Below, one piece after another: positions 18,816 to 30,099 of a stretch of 64,000 bases of DNA. Positions within the stretch are counted from its first letter, which is position 1. Each line of letters begins with the position of its first letter. This DNA comes from Gallionellaceae bacterium (lineage in GTDB: Bacteria > Pseudomonadota > Gammaproteobacteria > Burkholderiales > Gallionellaceae). The position numbers and the translations under genes were made by a program. The notes beneath the pieces were generated by a model, which saw nothing but the letters and a program-made list of their open reading frames with translations, searched no databases and was not told the origin of the DNA. The stretch covers positions 741,541 to 805,540 of the forward strand of contig JAULAW010000005.1 in the NCBI GenBank assembly GCA_032654645.1, given 5' to 3'.

Positions 18816-19185
18816 GCGTGCCCGCCGCCTGTTGGTGCTTGCCGAGCGCGATATTGTCTCGTTTCGCGCGTTGGCCAGCCACCCCGAAGTTGATATTTCA
18901 GCAACGGGTTTTTTCGCCCAGCAAGTCGTGGAAAAATGCCTCAAGGCCGTTGCCGAATATCATGGTATCGTGTTTCGCAGAACGCATGATGTGGACGAAC
19001 TGGTTGATCTGCTGTTGCAACACCGGGTAGCAATGCCATTTCCATCCGACCAGTTCAGTGTTCTCAACCCTTTTGCTGTTATCTTGCGCTATGAAGAAAC
19101 ACCCTATATCAGCATGCCGTTGGCAGAGATGAGCCATTTGGTTGATCTGGCCTATCAATGGGCGCGTGGCGTGATTGCCGCTTGA
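18798..19185 (+). CDS. HEPN domain protein (toxin of a HEPN/MNT module)
   Basis: MTQPIERARRLLVLAERDIVSF... with RTHDVDELV (R-x4-H type motif). It overlaps the MNT gene by 18 nt. Confidence 0.7.
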
Positions 19186-19272
19186 AGCGATACGAAAAAA
19201 CTAAGCAAATCCCCGAAGCGGCGGCGCGCAAAAGAGTGAAGAAGGGTTCATGAAATATTCGGGTAAAAAAAC

Positions 19273-20469
19273 ATGCAGCATCTGACCATCCTCGGCTCCA
19301 CCGGCAGCATCGGCGCCAGCACGCTGGATGTGGTGGCGCGCCACCCGGACAGGTATCGCGTGCTGGCGCTCACCGCGCATCGCCGGGATGATGTCCTGTT
19401 TGAACAGTGCGCCCGTTTTCAGCCACGCTACGCGGTGCTGCTGGATGAGTCGGCTGCCGCGCGGCTGACGAAAAAAATAGCTGTTGCCGGCCTCGGCGTG
19501 CAAGTGTTGTGCGGGGTCGAAGCGCTCGAACTTGTATCATCCCTGCCCGAGGTGGATGCGGTGATGGCCGCCATTGTCGGCGCTGCCGGGCTGCGCCCGA
19601 CCCTGGCTGCGGCGCGCGCCGGAAAGAAAATCCTGCTGGCGAACAAGGAAACGCTGGTGATGGCGGGGCGGGTGTTCATGGAGACGGTGCGCCAGCACAA
19701 TGCCACATTGTTGCCTATCGACAGCGAACACAATGCCATTTTTCAGGCGCTGCCCCATGATTATTGTTCCGGTAATGATGCGGGCGACCTTGCCGCCAGA
19801 GGTGTGCGCCGCATCCTGCTCACCGCATCCGGCGGCTCGTTCCGCGATACTCCCTTGTCCGGGTTGCGTGAGGTTACGCCGGAGCAGGCGTGCGCGCATC
19901 CGAACTGGGTGATGGGGCGCAAGATTTCAGTGGATTCCTCCACCATGATGAACAAGGGGCTGGAAGTCATTGAGGCGCATTGGTTGTTCAATGCGCCAGC
20001 CGACGCCATTCAGGTGGTGGTGCACCCGCAGAGCGTGGTTCATTCGCTGGTGCAGTATGTGGATGGTTCGGTGCTGGCGCAATTGGGCAACCCCGATATG
20101 CGCACCCCGATTGCCCATGCGCTGGCTTATCCCGAACGCATTGAAGCAGGAGTCGAGCCGCTTGATTTGATCAAGGTGGCGACGCTCAATTTCATGGCGC
20201 CGGATTTCGTGCGCTTCCCCTGCCTGGCGCTGGCCTATCAGGCTTTGCGCGCGGGCGGCACTGCGCCCGCCGTGTTGAACGCGGCAAATGAAGTGGCCGT
20301 AGCCGCTTTTCTCGACAGGCAAATTTCCTTCCTGGCCATTCCGCGCTTGATTGAAGATGTGCTGGCTGCCTTCCCGGTTTCTGCGGTCAATTCACTGGAA
20401 GACGTGTTGGATGCTGATGCTGCCGCCCGCGCAACAGCGCATGAGTTGATGCAGGTTCACCTGTTATGA
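19273..20469 (+). CDS. dxr: 1-deoxy-D-xylulose 5-phosphate reductoisomerase
   Basis: [11 protein letters not shown]...LANKE... Confidence 0.95.
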   Translation: MQHLTILGSTGSIGASTLDVVARHPDRYRVLALTAHRRDDVLFEQCARFQPRYAVLLDESAAARLTKKIAVAGLGVQVLCGVEALELVSSLPEVDAVMAAIVGAAGLRPTLAAARAGKKILLANKETLVMAGRVFMETVRQHNATLLPIDSEHNAIFQALPHDYCSGNDAGDLAARGVRRILLTASGGSFRDTPLSGLREVTPEQACAHPNWVMGRKISVDSSTMMNKGLEVIEAHWLFNAPADAIQVVVHPQSVVHSLVQYVDGSVLAQLGNPDMRTPIAHALAYPERIEAGVEPLDLIKVATLNFMAPDFVRFPCLALAYQALRAGGTAPAVLNAANEVAVAAFLDRQISFLAIPRLIEDVLAAFPVSAVNSLEDVLDADAAARATAHELMQVHLL

Positions 20470-21821
20470 CCACGCTGTGGGCTTTCGTTCTCGCCATTGC
20501 GGTGCTGGTGGTGGTTCACGAGTTGGGGCACTACTGGATTGCGCGCTGGTGCGGAGTAAAGGTGTTGCGTTTTTCAGTGGGCTTCGGCATGCCGCTCGCC
20601 ACCAAGCGATTTGGCAATGGCGAAACCGAGTGGGTGATTTCCGCCATTCCCTTGGGCGGATACGTCAAGATGCTGGACGAGCGAGAAGGCGAAGTGGCCG
20701 AGCATGAGCTGAGCCGCGCTTTCAATCGCCAGCCCGTAATGAGGCGTATGGCTATCGTGGTGGCCGGGCCGGTTTGCAACCTGCTGCTGGCCGTCGTCCT
20801 GTATTGGGCACTGTTCATGCACGGGGTGCCTGGGCTGAAACCCATTCTGGGTGAGGTCATGCCGCTAACGCCTGCTGCCATGGCGCAGTTCAGTGAGCAA
20901 GAAACCATACTCAGCATCAACGGGGAGCCTGTCCCGAGTTGGGAAGATATGCGCTGGATGTTATTGGGCCTGGCTTTTCAGGGCGCGCCGGTTCACATCG
21001 AGGGGCATACTGTGCAGGGAGATTCAGTCCGGCATGTGCTCGATCTGAACGTGCTGGCTCCCGGTGACCTGAATGGCGATTTCATGCAGAAACTTGGCTT
21101 GCAGTTGTTCCAACCTCTAGTGCCGCCTATTATCGGCAAGCTGACGGAGGGAGGGGTGGCCCAACGCACTGGCTTGCAACTTGACGATCGCATGTTGCGC
21201 GTGAATGGGCGCACCATCGAGCGCTGGATGGAACTGGTTGAGGTGGTGCGCAGCCATCCCGGCAGCGCACTCCGCATGGAAATCGAACGCGGAGGCAATT
21301 TGCTGGCGCTTGATGTAGTGCCGGAGGCGGTCAATGAAAATGGCAAGCAAGTGGGTAGGATCGGCGCCGGGCCATATCTGGACAAACAGGCGTTTGACGC
21401 AATGCTGACGGAAGTACGTTACGGACCTTTCGCCGCTTTCAGACAGGCAGTGCGCAAGTCGTGGGAAACCGCGGTGGTAAGCTTGAAGGTGATGGGTAAG
21501 ATGGTGATTGGGGAAGTCTCGGTAAAAAACCTGAGCGGCCCGATAACGATTGCAGATTATGCCGGGCAGTCCGCAAAACTTGGAGTGGCGCCCTATCTGG
21601 ATTTTCTGGCGCTGATCAGCATCAGCCTGGGGGTGTTGAACCTGCTGCCTATTCCCTTATTGGATGGGGGGCATTTGTTGTATTATATGGCCGAATTAAT
21701 AAAGGGCAGCCCGGTGTCTGAAAAGATGTGGGAGGCGGGGCAGAATGTCGGCATTGCGCTGCTCGTTACCTTGATGGCTTTTGCGCTATACAACGATATC
21801 AGCCGACTGGTTCAGGGTTGA
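20466..21821 (+). CDS. rseP: RIP zinc metalloprotease RseP
   Basis: HELGHY motif, PDZ region, C-terminal [13 protein letters not shown]. Confidence 0.93.
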   Translation: MTTLWAFVLAIAVLVVVHELGHYWIARWCGVKVLRFSVGFGMPLATKRFGNGETEWVISAIPLGGYVKMLDEREGEVAEHELSRAFNRQPVMRRMAIVVAGPVCNLLLAVVLYWALFMHGVPGLKPILGEVMPLTPAAMAQFSEQETILSINGEPVPSWEDMRWMLLGLAFQGAPVHIEGHTVQGDSVRHVLDLNVLAPGDLNGDFMQKLGLQLFQPLVPPIIGKLTEGGVAQRTGLQLDDRMLRVNGRTIERWMELVEVVRSHPGSALRMEIERGGNLLALDVVPEAVNENGKQVGRIGAGPYLDKQAFDAMLTEVRYGPFAAFRQAVRKSWETAVVSLKVMGKMVIGEVSVKNLSGPITIADYAGQSAKLGVAPYLDFLALISISLGVLNLLPIPLLDGGHLLYYMAELIKGSPVSEKMWEAGQNVGIALLVTLMAFALYNDISRLVQG

Positions 21822-21829
21822 AACAATAC

Positions 21830-24109
21830 ATGAAACTGAAAAAGCTTGCGGCCCTGATTCCGCTACTGTATGCAACTTCCGCTGCAGCAATTGACCCATT
21901 CGTTGTCAAGGACATCCGGGTAGAGGGTATACAGCGCACCGAGGCGGGTACGGTGTTCAGTTACTTGCCGGTCAAGGTCGGTGACACACTGGACAATGAT
22001 CATGCCGCTGCCGCAATCCGCGCATTGTTTGCCACCGGCTTTTTCAAGGATGTGCGCCTGGAAGTAGAGCAAGGGGTGCTGATCGTACTGGTGAGCGAGC
22101 GACCGTCAATAGCTAGTGTGGAAATAGATGGCGTAAAGGATTTTCCGAAAGATCAATTGCGTGACAATCTCAAGCTTGTCGGGTTGGCGGAGGGGCGCAT
22201 TTTCGACCGGTCAGTAATGGACAAGGCCGAGCAGGAGCTCAAACGCCAGTATGTGGCGCGCGGCAAGTACGGGGTAACGGTCAATACCACCATCACAGAA
22301 ATGGAACGCAATCGCGTTGCCGTCATTTTTAAAGTGGTGGAAGGTGATGTCTCGAAGATCAAGCAAATTAACATCATCGGCAGCCAGGCTTACAGTGAAG
22401 CGGAATTGCGGGATATGATGAAGCTCGAAACGCCCGGATGGTTGAGCTGGTTCAGTTCGAGCGATCAATATTCCAAGCAAAAGCTGTCCGCCGACCTGGA
22501 AACTTTGCGCTCATTCTATCTTGATGCGGGATACTTGGAGTTTTCCATCGAGTCCACCCAGATTTCCATTACACCGGACAAGAAAGACATTTATATCACC
22601 ATCAACCTTACCGAAGGCGCCAAATATACGGTTTCCGACATCAAGCTGGCCGGGCCGGAGAGCATCTTGCCACACGAGCAGATGCGCAAGCTGATTACGG
22701 TCAAGCCGGGCGATACATTCTCGCGCAAGGAATTGACCGCATCCACTACAAAAATCGGCGACCGCCTCGCGGATGATGGTTATGCCTTTGCCAACATTGA
22801 TGCGGTTCCGGAACTGGATAAGGAAAAGCATCTGGTGGCTTTTACTTTCATGACCGATCCGGGCCGTCGGGTGTATGTCCGGCGCATCAATATCGCGGGC
22901 AATACCAAGACGCGTGATATAGTGATCAGGCGCGAATTTCGCCAGATGGAGGGGGCGTGGTTTTCTGCCTCCAAAGCCAAAAAATCCAAACAACGGGTGG
23001 ATCGCCTGGACTTTTTCAGCGATGTGAATATGGAGACACCTCCTGTGCCAGGTGCAAATGACCAGTTGGATGTCAACCTTGCAGTGAAGGAGAAAGCCAC
23101 CGGCGATTTTTCGATAGGCGCCGGTATATCCAGCGGCGAAGGGCTGGTGCTGACCGCCTCGATTACGGAGCGCAACCTGTTCGGTTCCGGCAATTACCTT
23201 TCCACGCAGGTCAACACCAGCAAGGTCAACAAGGTGTATTCTGTGTCATACACCAACCCCTACTACACGGATGATGGAATGAGCCGCGGCTTTGACGTGT
23301 ACAAACGCGATGTGGATTCGACCAGCACCGCGATCAGCCAATACCGCAGCGCCACGATGGGCGCCGGGGTGCGCTATGGTGTGCCGATCAGCGATGATGA
23401 AACCATTCACTATGGTTTGGCGGCGGAGAAAACCAAGCTTTCGCTTACCCCCACCAGCCCGCAACGTTTTTTAGATTACGTCAATACATTCGGCGATTCG
23501 ACGACCAACTTGGTGGGTACGGTGGGTTGGAGCCGTGACAGCCGCGACAGCGTAATTTACGTCACGGAAGGAATCTTGCAACATGCATTTGCAGAAATCG
23601 CGCTGCCAGGATCGAACCAGCGTTATTATAAGCTGACATACCAGCAACAGTGGTTTTACCCGGTGAGCCGTGAAGTTACCCTGATGCTGAACGGTGAAGG
23701 TGGGGCAGGTAACGGTTACGGTGGCAACCCCTTGCCGTTCTTCAAAAACTTTTATGCGGGGGGCCCCGGCTCGGTGCGTGGATATGAACCCAACTCGCTG
23801 GGGCCGCGAGACAAGGACAATAACGCGCAGGGCGGCAACAAGCGCATAGTCGGGAATGCTGAATTGCTGTTCCCCATGCCGGGGATGTCCAAGGAAAAAT
23901 CCGTGCGCCTGAGCGCATTTGTTGATGGGGGTGCGGTGTATAGCCAGGATAGCCTGACAGGGACAGGCGGCTTGCGTTATTCTGCCGGTTTGGCGTTTAC
24001 CTGGATATCGCCAATCGGCCCGCTCAAGATCAGTTTCGGGAAATCGCTGAACCCTCAGCCCAATGATAAGCTACAGAAATTCCAGTTCACGCTGGGTTCA
24101 ATATTTTAA
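21830..24109 (+). CDS. bamA: outer membrane protein assembly factor BamA
   Basis: Signal peptide MKLKKLAALIPLLYATSAAA, POTRA repeats, C-terminal ...FQFTLGSIF. The track ORF from 21728 is an upstream extension. Confidence 0.93.
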   Translation: MKLKKLAALIPLLYATSAAAIDPFVVKDIRVEGIQRTEAGTVFSYLPVKVGDTLDNDHAAAAIRALFATGFFKDVRLEVEQGVLIVLVSERPSIASVEIDGVKDFPKDQLRDNLKLVGLAEGRIFDRSVMDKAEQELKRQYVARGKYGVTVNTTITEMERNRVAVIFKVVEGDVSKIKQINIIGSQAYSEAELRDMMKLETPGWLSWFSSSDQYSKQKLSADLETLRSFYLDAGYLEFSIESTQISITPDKKDIYITINLTEGAKYTVSDIKLAGPESILPHEQMRKLITVKPGDTFSRKELTASTTKIGDRLADDGYAFANIDAVPELDKEKHLVAFTFMTDPGRRVYVRRINIAGNTKTRDIVIRREFRQMEGAWFSASKAKKSKQRVDRLDFFSDVNMETPPVPGANDQLDVNLAVKEKATGDFSIGAGISSGEGLVLTASITERNLFGSGNYLSTQVNTSKVNKVYSVSYTNPYYTDDGMSRGFDVYKRDVDSTSTAISQYRSATMGAGVRYGVPISDDETIHYGLAAEKTKLSLTPTSPQRFLDYVNTFGDSTTNLVGTVGWSRDSRDSVIYVTEGILQHAFAEIALPGSNQRYYKLTYQQQWFYPVSREVTLMLNGEGGAGNGYGGNPLPFFKNFYAGGPGSVRGYEPNSLGPRDKDNNAQGGNKRIVGNAELLFPMPGMSKEKSVRLSAFVDGGAVYSQDSLTGTGGLRYSAGLAFTWISPIGPLKISFGKSLNPQPNDKLQKFQFTLGSIF

Positions 24110-24129
24110 TATTTGATGAGGAGTGAAAA

Positions 24130-24633
24130 TTGAAAACTTGGATCATAAAGCTCATACCGGCGCTGCTATTGGTAGCTTTTAGCCAGGCATTTGCCACAGA
24201 TTTCCGAATTGGTGTAGTGGATACGGAACGTATCCTGCGTGAATCCGTACCCGCATTAAAGGCCGAGAAGAGGATAGAAAAAGAATTTGCCACACGCGAT
24301 CAGGAAATCAAGAAAGTTTCCCAGCAGGTCAAGGATATCCAGGCGTTTTTGGATAAGGAAGGCATGACCTTGCCGGATGCCGAGCGCCGCAACAAGGAGC
24401 GCGAACTGGACAACCTGAACGTGAATTTGCAACGCCTGCAGCGCGAGTTTCGCGAAGACTTGAACTTGCGTAAAAATGAGGAGCTGGTAGTGGTGTTGGG
24501 GCAGGCCAACAAGGCCATACAGCAGATCGCGGAAAGTGAGAAATATGATTTGGTGTTGCAGGAAGCCGTATATCGCAATCCAAAAATTGATATCACCGAA
24601 AAGGTGCTGCAATACCTGTCAAAAGAAAAATAA
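24130..24633 (+). CDS. skp: periplasmic chaperone Skp/OmpH
   Basis: Signal peptide then a charged coiled-coil. TTG start with a gaggag RBS. Canonical position after bamA. Confidence 0.85.
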   Translation: MKTWIIKLIPALLLVAFSQAFATDFRIGVVDTERILRESVPALKAEKRIEKEFATRDQEIKKVSQQVKDIQAFLDKEGMTLPDAERRNKERELDNLNVNLQRLQREFREDLNLRKNEELVVVLGQANKAIQQIAESEKYDLVLQEAVYRNPKIDITEKVLQYLSKEK

Positions 24634-24642
24634 TTTCGTTGA

Positions 24643-25701
24643 ATGAAGCGGGCAGCTTATCGATTGGCGGAATTCGTGGCGCTATTTGGCGGCCGCGTGT
24701 TGGGTGATGCCAATACAACGGTAAGCCAGGTAGCCACACTGGACAGCGCACAAGCCGGGAACCTTACTTTTCTGGCCAGCAGCAAATACCGCGCGCAGCT
24801 TGCCGCCACACATGCAGGAGCCATCATTGTGGCAGAGGCGGATGCCGGGGCGACATCACTTCCGCGTATCGTATGCGACAACCCCTATACCTACTTCGCC
24901 AAGGTTTCATCATTCCTGAACCCAGTGCCGCAGACCTTGCCTGGCATACATCCTGGCGCTGTCATTGGAGAGGGCGCACAAATAGATCAAACAGCCTATA
25001 TCGGCCCCAATGTAGTGGTCAGGGCAGGCGCCAAAATCGGTGCGCGCTGCGTGATCATGGCGGGATGCAGCATAGGTTCTGGCGTCACCATCGGCGAGGA
25101 TGCGCTCTTGTATCCGCGCGTGGTGGTATATCACGATTGTGTATTAGGAAATAAATTGATTGCGCATTCCGGCGTGGTGATCGGTGCGGATGGTTTCGGT
25201 TTCGCGCCGGACGAGGGGCGCTGGTTGAAAATCCCGCAAATCGGCCGCGTGGTGATCGGTGACGATGTGGAGATCGGCGCAAATACCACGATAGACCGCG
25301 GTGCGCTGGGTGACACCGTGATTGAGGATGGCGTCAAGCTGGACAACCAGATTCAGGTGGCGCACAACGTGCACATCGGCGCGCATACCGCGATTGCAGG
25401 ATGTGTGGGCATTGCCGGCAGCACCACTATCGGACGCCATTGCCGCATCGGCGGCAGCGCAGGCATCCTGGGGCATTTGCAGATAGCAGACAACGTGGAA
25501 ATTTCTTCTTTTACGCTGATAGGTAAATCCATACGCGAACCCGGTAGCTATACCGGGATTTTTCCGTTCAGCAGCAACGAAGAGTGGCGCAAAAATGCCG
25601 TGCATTTGCGTCACCTGAACGATCTGGCGAAACGTATTAAACAACTGGAACAGGAAGTCGCCGCTCTTAACTCAACGCATCAAAGGAAAGAAACTGCATG
25701 A
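24643..25701 (+). CDS. lpxD: UDP-3-O-acylglucosamine N-acyltransferase
   Basis: Hexapeptide repeats in the bamA-skp-lpxD-fabZ-lpxA-lpxB context. Confidence 0.93.
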   Translation: MKRAAYRLAEFVALFGGRVLGDANTTVSQVATLDSAQAGNLTFLASSKYRAQLAATHAGAIIVAEADAGATSLPRIVCDNPYTYFAKVSSFLNPVPQTLPGIHPGAVIGEGAQIDQTAYIGPNVVVRAGAKIGARCVIMAGCSIGSGVTIGEDALLYPRVVVYHDCVLGNKLIAHSGVVIGADGFGFAPDEGRWLKIPQIGRVVIGDDVEIGANTTIDRGALGDTVIEDGVKLDNQIQVAHNVHIGAHTAIAGCVGIAGSTTIGRHCRIGGSAGILGHLQIADNVEISSFTLIGKSIREPGSYTGIFPFSSNEEWRKNAVHLRHLNDLAKRIKQLEQEVAALNSTHQRKETA

Positions 25702-26144
25702 ACACCCAAATGGACATTCACGAAATTCTGGAACATCTGCCGCACCGCTACCCATTCCTGCTGTTAGACCGCGTGTTATCGGTCGACCCCGGCAAGGAAA
25801 TCGTGGCACTGAAGAATGTCACCATCAACGAACCGTTTTTTCCCGGCCATTATCCGCATCACCCGGTGATGCCAGGCGTGCTGGTTATTGAAGCGATGGC
25901 GCAGGCCGCTGCAATACTGACATTCAAGAGCTCGGAAAATAAACCAGATAAAAACACGGTGTATTACTTCGTCGGCATAGACGGCGCGCGCTTCAAGCGC
26001 CCGGTCGTGCCGGGCGACCAGTTGATTCTCAAAGTCAGTTTTTTGCGCAGCATGCGCGGTTTATGGAAATTCGCTGCGGTGGCCGAAGTAGAGGGGAAAG
26101 TGGCGGCACAAGCCGAAATCATGTGCGCAATGCGGGAAAAATAA
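25698..26144 (+). CDS. fabZ: 3-hydroxyacyl-ACP dehydratase FabZ
   Basis: [13 protein letters not shown]...[16 protein letters not shown]. Confidence 0.95.
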   Translation: MNTQMDIHEILEHLPHRYPFLLLDRVLSVDPGKEIVALKNVTINEPFFPGHYPHHPVMPGVLVIEAMAQAAAILTFKSSENKPDKNTVYYFVGIDGARFKRPVVPGDQLILKVSFLRSMRGLWKFAAVAEVEGKVAAQAEIMCAMREK

Positions 26145-26914
26145 TGCGCCATCCAACGGCAATCATTCACTCCGATGCCAGGCTGGCCGATGACGTAACG
26201 GTGGGAGCTTATTCCATTATCGGCGAACATGTGGAGATCGGTTCTGGCACCAGCATCGGCCCGCATGTGGTGATCGAAGGCCACACCCGCATCGGCAAGA
26301 ACAACCGCATCTTCCAGTTCAATTCGCTGGGCGCCATGCCGCAGGACAAGAAACACGCGGGCGAGCCGACACGCCTGGAGATCGGCGACGACAACACCTT
26401 CCGCGAATTCTGCACCATCAACACCGGCACCGTGCAGGATGCCGGAGTCACGCGGATCGGCGACGACAACTGGATCATGGCCTATGTGCATGTGGCGCAC
26501 GACTGTCAGATCGGGAGCCACACCATCATGGCCAATGGCGCCACCCTGGGCGGCCATGTGCATGTGGGCGACTGGGCATTCCTCGGCGGACTTTCCGGCG
26601 TGCACCAGTTCGTGCGCATCGGCGCCCACGCGATGACCGGCTTCCAGACCAGGCTGTCGCAGGACTTGCCGCCCTACGTCACTGCGGCGGACAACCCGGC
26701 CGTGGCGCACGGCATCAACGCGGAAGGCTTGAAGCGGCGCGGTTTCAGCAGCGAGGCGATCATGGCGATCAAGCGCGCTTACAAAACCCTGTACAAATCC
26801 GGCCTGTCGCTGGACGAGGCGAAGCGCGCCATTGAGGCGCAGGCGGCGGAACATCACGAGCTCAGCCTGCTGGCTGGATTCCTGGCACGCTCCGAACGCG
26901 GCATAGTCCGCTAG
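26144..26914 (+). CDS. lpxA: acyl-ACP-UDP-N-acetylglucosamine O-acyltransferase
   Basis: [18 protein letters not shown]..., hexapeptide repeats. ATG 26144 overlaps the fabZ TAA. Confidence 0.93.
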   Translation: MRHPTAIIHSDARLADDVTVGAYSIIGEHVEIGSGTSIGPHVVIEGHTRIGKNNRIFQFNSLGAMPQDKKHAGEPTRLEIGDDNTFREFCTINTGTVQDAGVTRIGDDNWIMAYVHVAHDCQIGSHTIMANGATLGGHVHVGDWAFLGGLSGVHQFVRIGAHAMTGFQTRLSQDLPPYVTAADNPAVAHGINAEGLKRRGFSSEAIMAIKRAYKTLYKSGLSLDEAKRAIEAQAAEHHELSLLAGFLARSERGIVR

Positions 26915-26923
26915 TCTTCCATC

Positions 26924-28075
26924 ATGACGCAGCAAATCAAAACCATTGCTATGGTCGCGGGTGAGGCATCGGGTGATTTACTCGCCAGCCACTTGATGGA
27001 AGCGCTCAGGCAGTCTGCGCCCAATGTGCGCTTCATCGGCATCGGTGGCCCCAAGATGCGGGCGGCGGGTATGGAAATATTGTTCCCTATGGAGAAGCTT
27101 TCGGTTTTCGGCTATATCGATGCACTGAGGCACTATCGGGAAATTGCCGCTATACGCCGCAAACTGCGCACACAGCTCATCGCCCAGCCGCCGGATTTGT
27201 TCATCGGCGTGGATGCGCCGGATTTCAATCTTGATCTTGAACTGGCGCTCAAGCAGCATGGCATTCCCACCGTGCATTACGTCAGCCCTTCCATCTGGGC
27301 GTGGCGCGGCGAACGCATCCACAAGATCAAACAGGCCGTGTCCCATATTCTCGCGCTGTTCCCGTTCGAAGCACCGTTGTATGAAAAGGCAGGTGTGCCG
27401 GTAACCTATGTCGGCCATCCGCTGGCAGACATACTGCCGGATATGCCCAACCGGGTTGCCATGCGCGAGCAGATGCGCTTGCCAAAACAGAGCAGGGTGT
27501 TCGCCATGCTGCCGGGCAGCCGCCAGAGCGAAGTGCGGCAATTGGCAGCGACTTACATCGAAACCGCAAAGCAAATTTTGCACAAGCTGCCGGATGCGCA
27601 GTTTTTGGTGCCGCTGGTCAGCCGTGAAACGCGCACCATTTTCGAGAACATGCAGTGGAAGCTGGAAGCGCAGGATTTGCCCATCACCCTGCTGTTCGGC
27701 CATGCGCACGATGCCATGATCGCCGCCGACGGAGTACTGGTCGCTTCCGGCACCGCCACGCTGGAAGCCGCGCTGCTCAAGCGTCCCATGGTCATCACCT
27801 ACAGGATGCCGGGCTTAACTTACTGGCTGAGCAAGCGCAAACAATACCAGCCGTATGTCGGCCTGCCCAATATTCTCGCCGGAAAATTTGTGGTGCCGGA
27901 ATTGTTGCAGGAAGACGCCACGCCGGAAAATCTGGCGCAGGCGCTGCTCAACCTGGTCAACGACAAGAATGCGGTGGCGCAGCTTGAAGACATCTTCACC
28001 GAGATGCATCTGGCTTTGCGCCAGAACACCGCGCAAAAAGCCGCAACGGCAATCATGCCTTATTTGGGTGGATGA
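26924..28075 (+). CDS. lpxB: lipid-A-disaccharide synthase
   Basis: IAMVAGEASGDLLASHLM... Confidence 0.93.
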   Translation: MTQQIKTIAMVAGEASGDLLASHLMEALRQSAPNVRFIGIGGPKMRAAGMEILFPMEKLSVFGYIDALRHYREIAAIRRKLRTQLIAQPPDLFIGVDAPDFNLDLELALKQHGIPTVHYVSPSIWAWRGERIHKIKQAVSHILALFPFEAPLYEKAGVPVTYVGHPLADILPDMPNRVAMREQMRLPKQSRVFAMLPGSRQSEVRQLAATYIETAKQILHKLPDAQFLVPLVSRETRTIFENMQWKLEAQDLPITLLFGHAHDAMIAADGVLVASGTATLEAALLKRPMVITYRMPGLTYWLSKRKQYQPYVGLPNILAGKFVVPELLQEDATPENLAQALLNLVNDKNAVAQLEDIFTEMHLALRQNTAQKAATAIMPYLGG

Positions 28076-28104
28076 GAGAGCACTCACAACAATAATTTCC
28101 CATG

Positions 28105-28245
28105 GCCCGCAACCCTCTCCTCAATCCTCCCTCCGAGGGGGACAAGAAGCTCGTGTCCGGGCACCCGGAGGAGGCAATCGTCCCTTCCCCCTCGGGGGGA
28201 AGGCTAGGATGAGGGGGTTTCTCGGGTGAGGGGAAGGGGAGAGGG
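28105..28245. repeat. cluster of family-1 REP-like palindromes
   Basis: ccctctcctcaatcctccctccgaggggga... and cccttccccctcggggggaaggctaggatgaggggg...gaggggaaggggagaggg fill the lpxB/rnhB intergenic region. Confidence 0.75.
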
Positions 28246-28248
28246 AAA

Positions 28249-28830
28249 ATTACTCAATCGATCATCCTGATCTGCGGCGTAGATGAAGCCGGGCGTGGCC
28301 CGTTGGCGGGGCCGGTGAGTGCGGCAGCGGTGATCCTCGACGAGACCAATCCTATCTCGGGATTGGCCGATTCAAAGAAACTATCCGAACGGCAACGCAA
28401 CCGGCTCGCGCCCATCATTCGCGAACGTGCGCTGGCTTGGGCGGTGGCCTATGCCGACGTTGGCGAAATAGACCAACTCAATATTCTGCAAGCCACGCTG
28501 CTGGCGATGCGCCGCGCCGTGCTGGCGCTCAACATTCAACCGCAGCAGGTACTGGTGGATGGCCTGTATTGCCCGCAGACCGCCATTCCCAGCCAGGCAA
28601 TCGTGAAGGGCGACAGCAAGGTCGCCGCAATTTCAGCCGCTTCAATTCTGGCGAAAACTGCACGCGACGCGCTGATGCTGGAGTTGCATGAACAATATCC
28701 GCACTACGGCTTCGCCGACCACAAAGGCTACCCAACCGCCGCGCATCTCGCCGCCCTGCGCGAACATGGCGTATCCGCCGTACACCGCAAGAGTTTCAGG
28801 CCGGTGCGGGAGCTACTTCGTTTCCCCTAA
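28249..28830 (+). CDS. rnhB: ribonuclease HII (start codon uncertain, no canonical start upstream of the catalytic motif)
   Basis: ...[25 protein letters not shown]... The frame is open from 28213. The only in-frame candidates before DEAGRG are ATT 28249, ATC 28261/28264 and CTG 28267. The track start TTG 28303 would delete the DEAGRG motif. Confidence 0.8.
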   Translation: MTQSIILICGVDEAGRGPLAGPVSAAAVILDETNPISGLADSKKLSERQRNRLAPIIRERALAWAVAYADVGEIDQLNILQATLLAMRRAVLALNIQPQQVLVDGLYCPQTAIPSQAIVKGDSKVAAISAASILAKTARDALMLELHEQYPHYGFADHKGYPTAAHLAALREHGVSAVHRKSFRPVRELLRFP

Positions 28831-29421
28831 ATTAAATCGTCGTATGGAGTGGCAAGTATAGCCTTGTGGATTCTTGACCAGATACTTCTGGTGGTATTCC
28901 TCGGCGCGGTAAAACTCCTTGAACGGCACGACTTCGGTGACGGCTTTGGCTTTCCAGTCGCCGGAGGCATCCACGGTCTTGATGACTTCATCGGCGGCGT
29001 GTTTCTGTTCTTCGCTGAGGTAAAAAATCGCCGAGCGGTATTGCGTGCCGATGTCGTTGCCTTGCTGGTTGCGCGTGGTGGGGTTGTGCATGCGGAAGAA
29101 TTCAAACAGCAAGTGCCGGTAGCTGAGTTGCTGTGGGTTGAACACGATTTTCAGTGATTCCGCGTGGCCGGTGTTGCCGGTTTTCACTTGTTCATAGCGT
29201 GCATCAGGCGTGTCGCCGCCGGTGTAGCCGACTTCGGTTTCCAGCACGCCAGGGATGAGCCGCACCAGTTCTTCCATGCCCCAGAAGCAACCGCCGGAGA
29301 GGTAGGCGGTTTGTTGTTTGGCGTGGCCAGTTGTGGTCATGGTTACTCCTTTTGGTAGGGCGAAGGCGGCGGCAGAAAACAGGACGGTGAGGATGAGGAA
29401 AAATCGGGTAAGTGTTTTCAT
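28813..29421 (-). CDS. msrA: peptide methionine sulfoxide reductase MsrA with signal peptide
   Basis: [21 protein letters not shown]... then GGCFWGMEE. The longer track ORF (to 29598) reads through a MITE (..IPACAGMT..). Confidence 0.9.
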   Translation of the reverse strand: MKTLTRFFLILTVLFSAAAFALPKGVTMTTTGHAKQQTAYLSGGCFWGMEELVRLIPGVLETEVGYTGGDTPDARYEQVKTGNTGHAESLKIVFNPQQLSYRHLLFEFFRMHNPTTRNQQGNDIGTQYRSAIFYLSEEQKHAADEVIKTVDASGDWKAKAVTEVVPFKEFYRAEEYHQKYLVKNPQGYTCHSIRRFNLGETK

Positions 29422-29448
29422 CCAAAATAGTTCATTAGCACGAAACTG

Positions 29449-29574
29449 CGTCATTCCCGCGCAGGCGGGAATCCAGGCCGAACATACACCCCGCAAAGCG
29501 GACAAAGCAGCGATGTTGTCCCGCTTCGCGGGAGGTTTTATATCAACTGGATTCCCGCCTGCGCGGGAATGACG
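29449..29574. mobile_element. MITE-like element, family 3 (terminal repeats CGTCATTCCCGCGCAGGCGGGAATCC)
   Basis: 26-bp terminal inverted repeats plus an inner palindrome ccccgcaaagcggacaa..ttgtcccgcttcgcggg. Copies at 35369-35492 and 63022-63090. Confidence 0.75.
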
Positions 29575-29643
29575 GGCAAACAAACGATTTGGGTTCATGA
29601 GTGTGTGTGGGAATGCAAGAAGAGCAAAGGGTTAGAGAGGATG

Positions 29644-30096
29644 TTACTCACGCCGTGATTTTTTCATGGCCTGTTGCGCTTCGCGCTGTCCTTCGCGTTC
29701 CTTTTCAGTAGCACGCTTATCGTGCTGTTTCTTGCCTTTCGCCAAGCCGATGTCCAGTTTGACGCGCCCACCCTTGTAGTGCATGTCCAGCGGCATCAGG
29801 GTATAGCCCGCGCGCTGCACCTTGCCGATCAGCTTGTCGATTTCCGCCGCATGCAGCAACAGCTTGCGCGTGCGCACCGGGTCGGGAAGAATGTGGGTAG
29901 AGGCGGCGGTGAGCGGGCTAATGTGGGAGCCGAACAGGTATAGCGCGCCGTCTTTCACCGTGACATAGGCCTCCTTGAGATTGGCGCGCCCGGCGCGGAT
30001 CGCCTTGACTTCCCAGCCTTCCAGCACGATGCCGGCCTCGTAGCGGTCTTCGATGAAGTAGTCGTGAAATGCTTTTTTATTCTGGACGATGCTCAT
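29644..30096 (-). CDS. smpB: SsrA-binding protein
   Basis: [29 protein letters not shown]. Confidence 0.95.
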   Translation of the reverse strand: MSIVQNKKAFHDYFIEDRYEAGIVLEGWEVKAIRAGRANLKEAYVTVKDGALYLFGSHISPLTAASTHILPDPVRTRKLLLHAAEIDKLIGKVQRAGYTLMPLDMHYKGGRVKLDIGLAKGKKQHDKRATEKEREGQREAQQAMKKSRRE

Positions 30097-30099
30097 AAT

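Noticed and set aside
29422-29598. N-terminal extension of the msrA ORF (track ORF 28813-29598)
   Set aside because: The extension reads through the family-3 MITE (..WIPACAGMT..). A proper signal peptide starts at ATG 29421.
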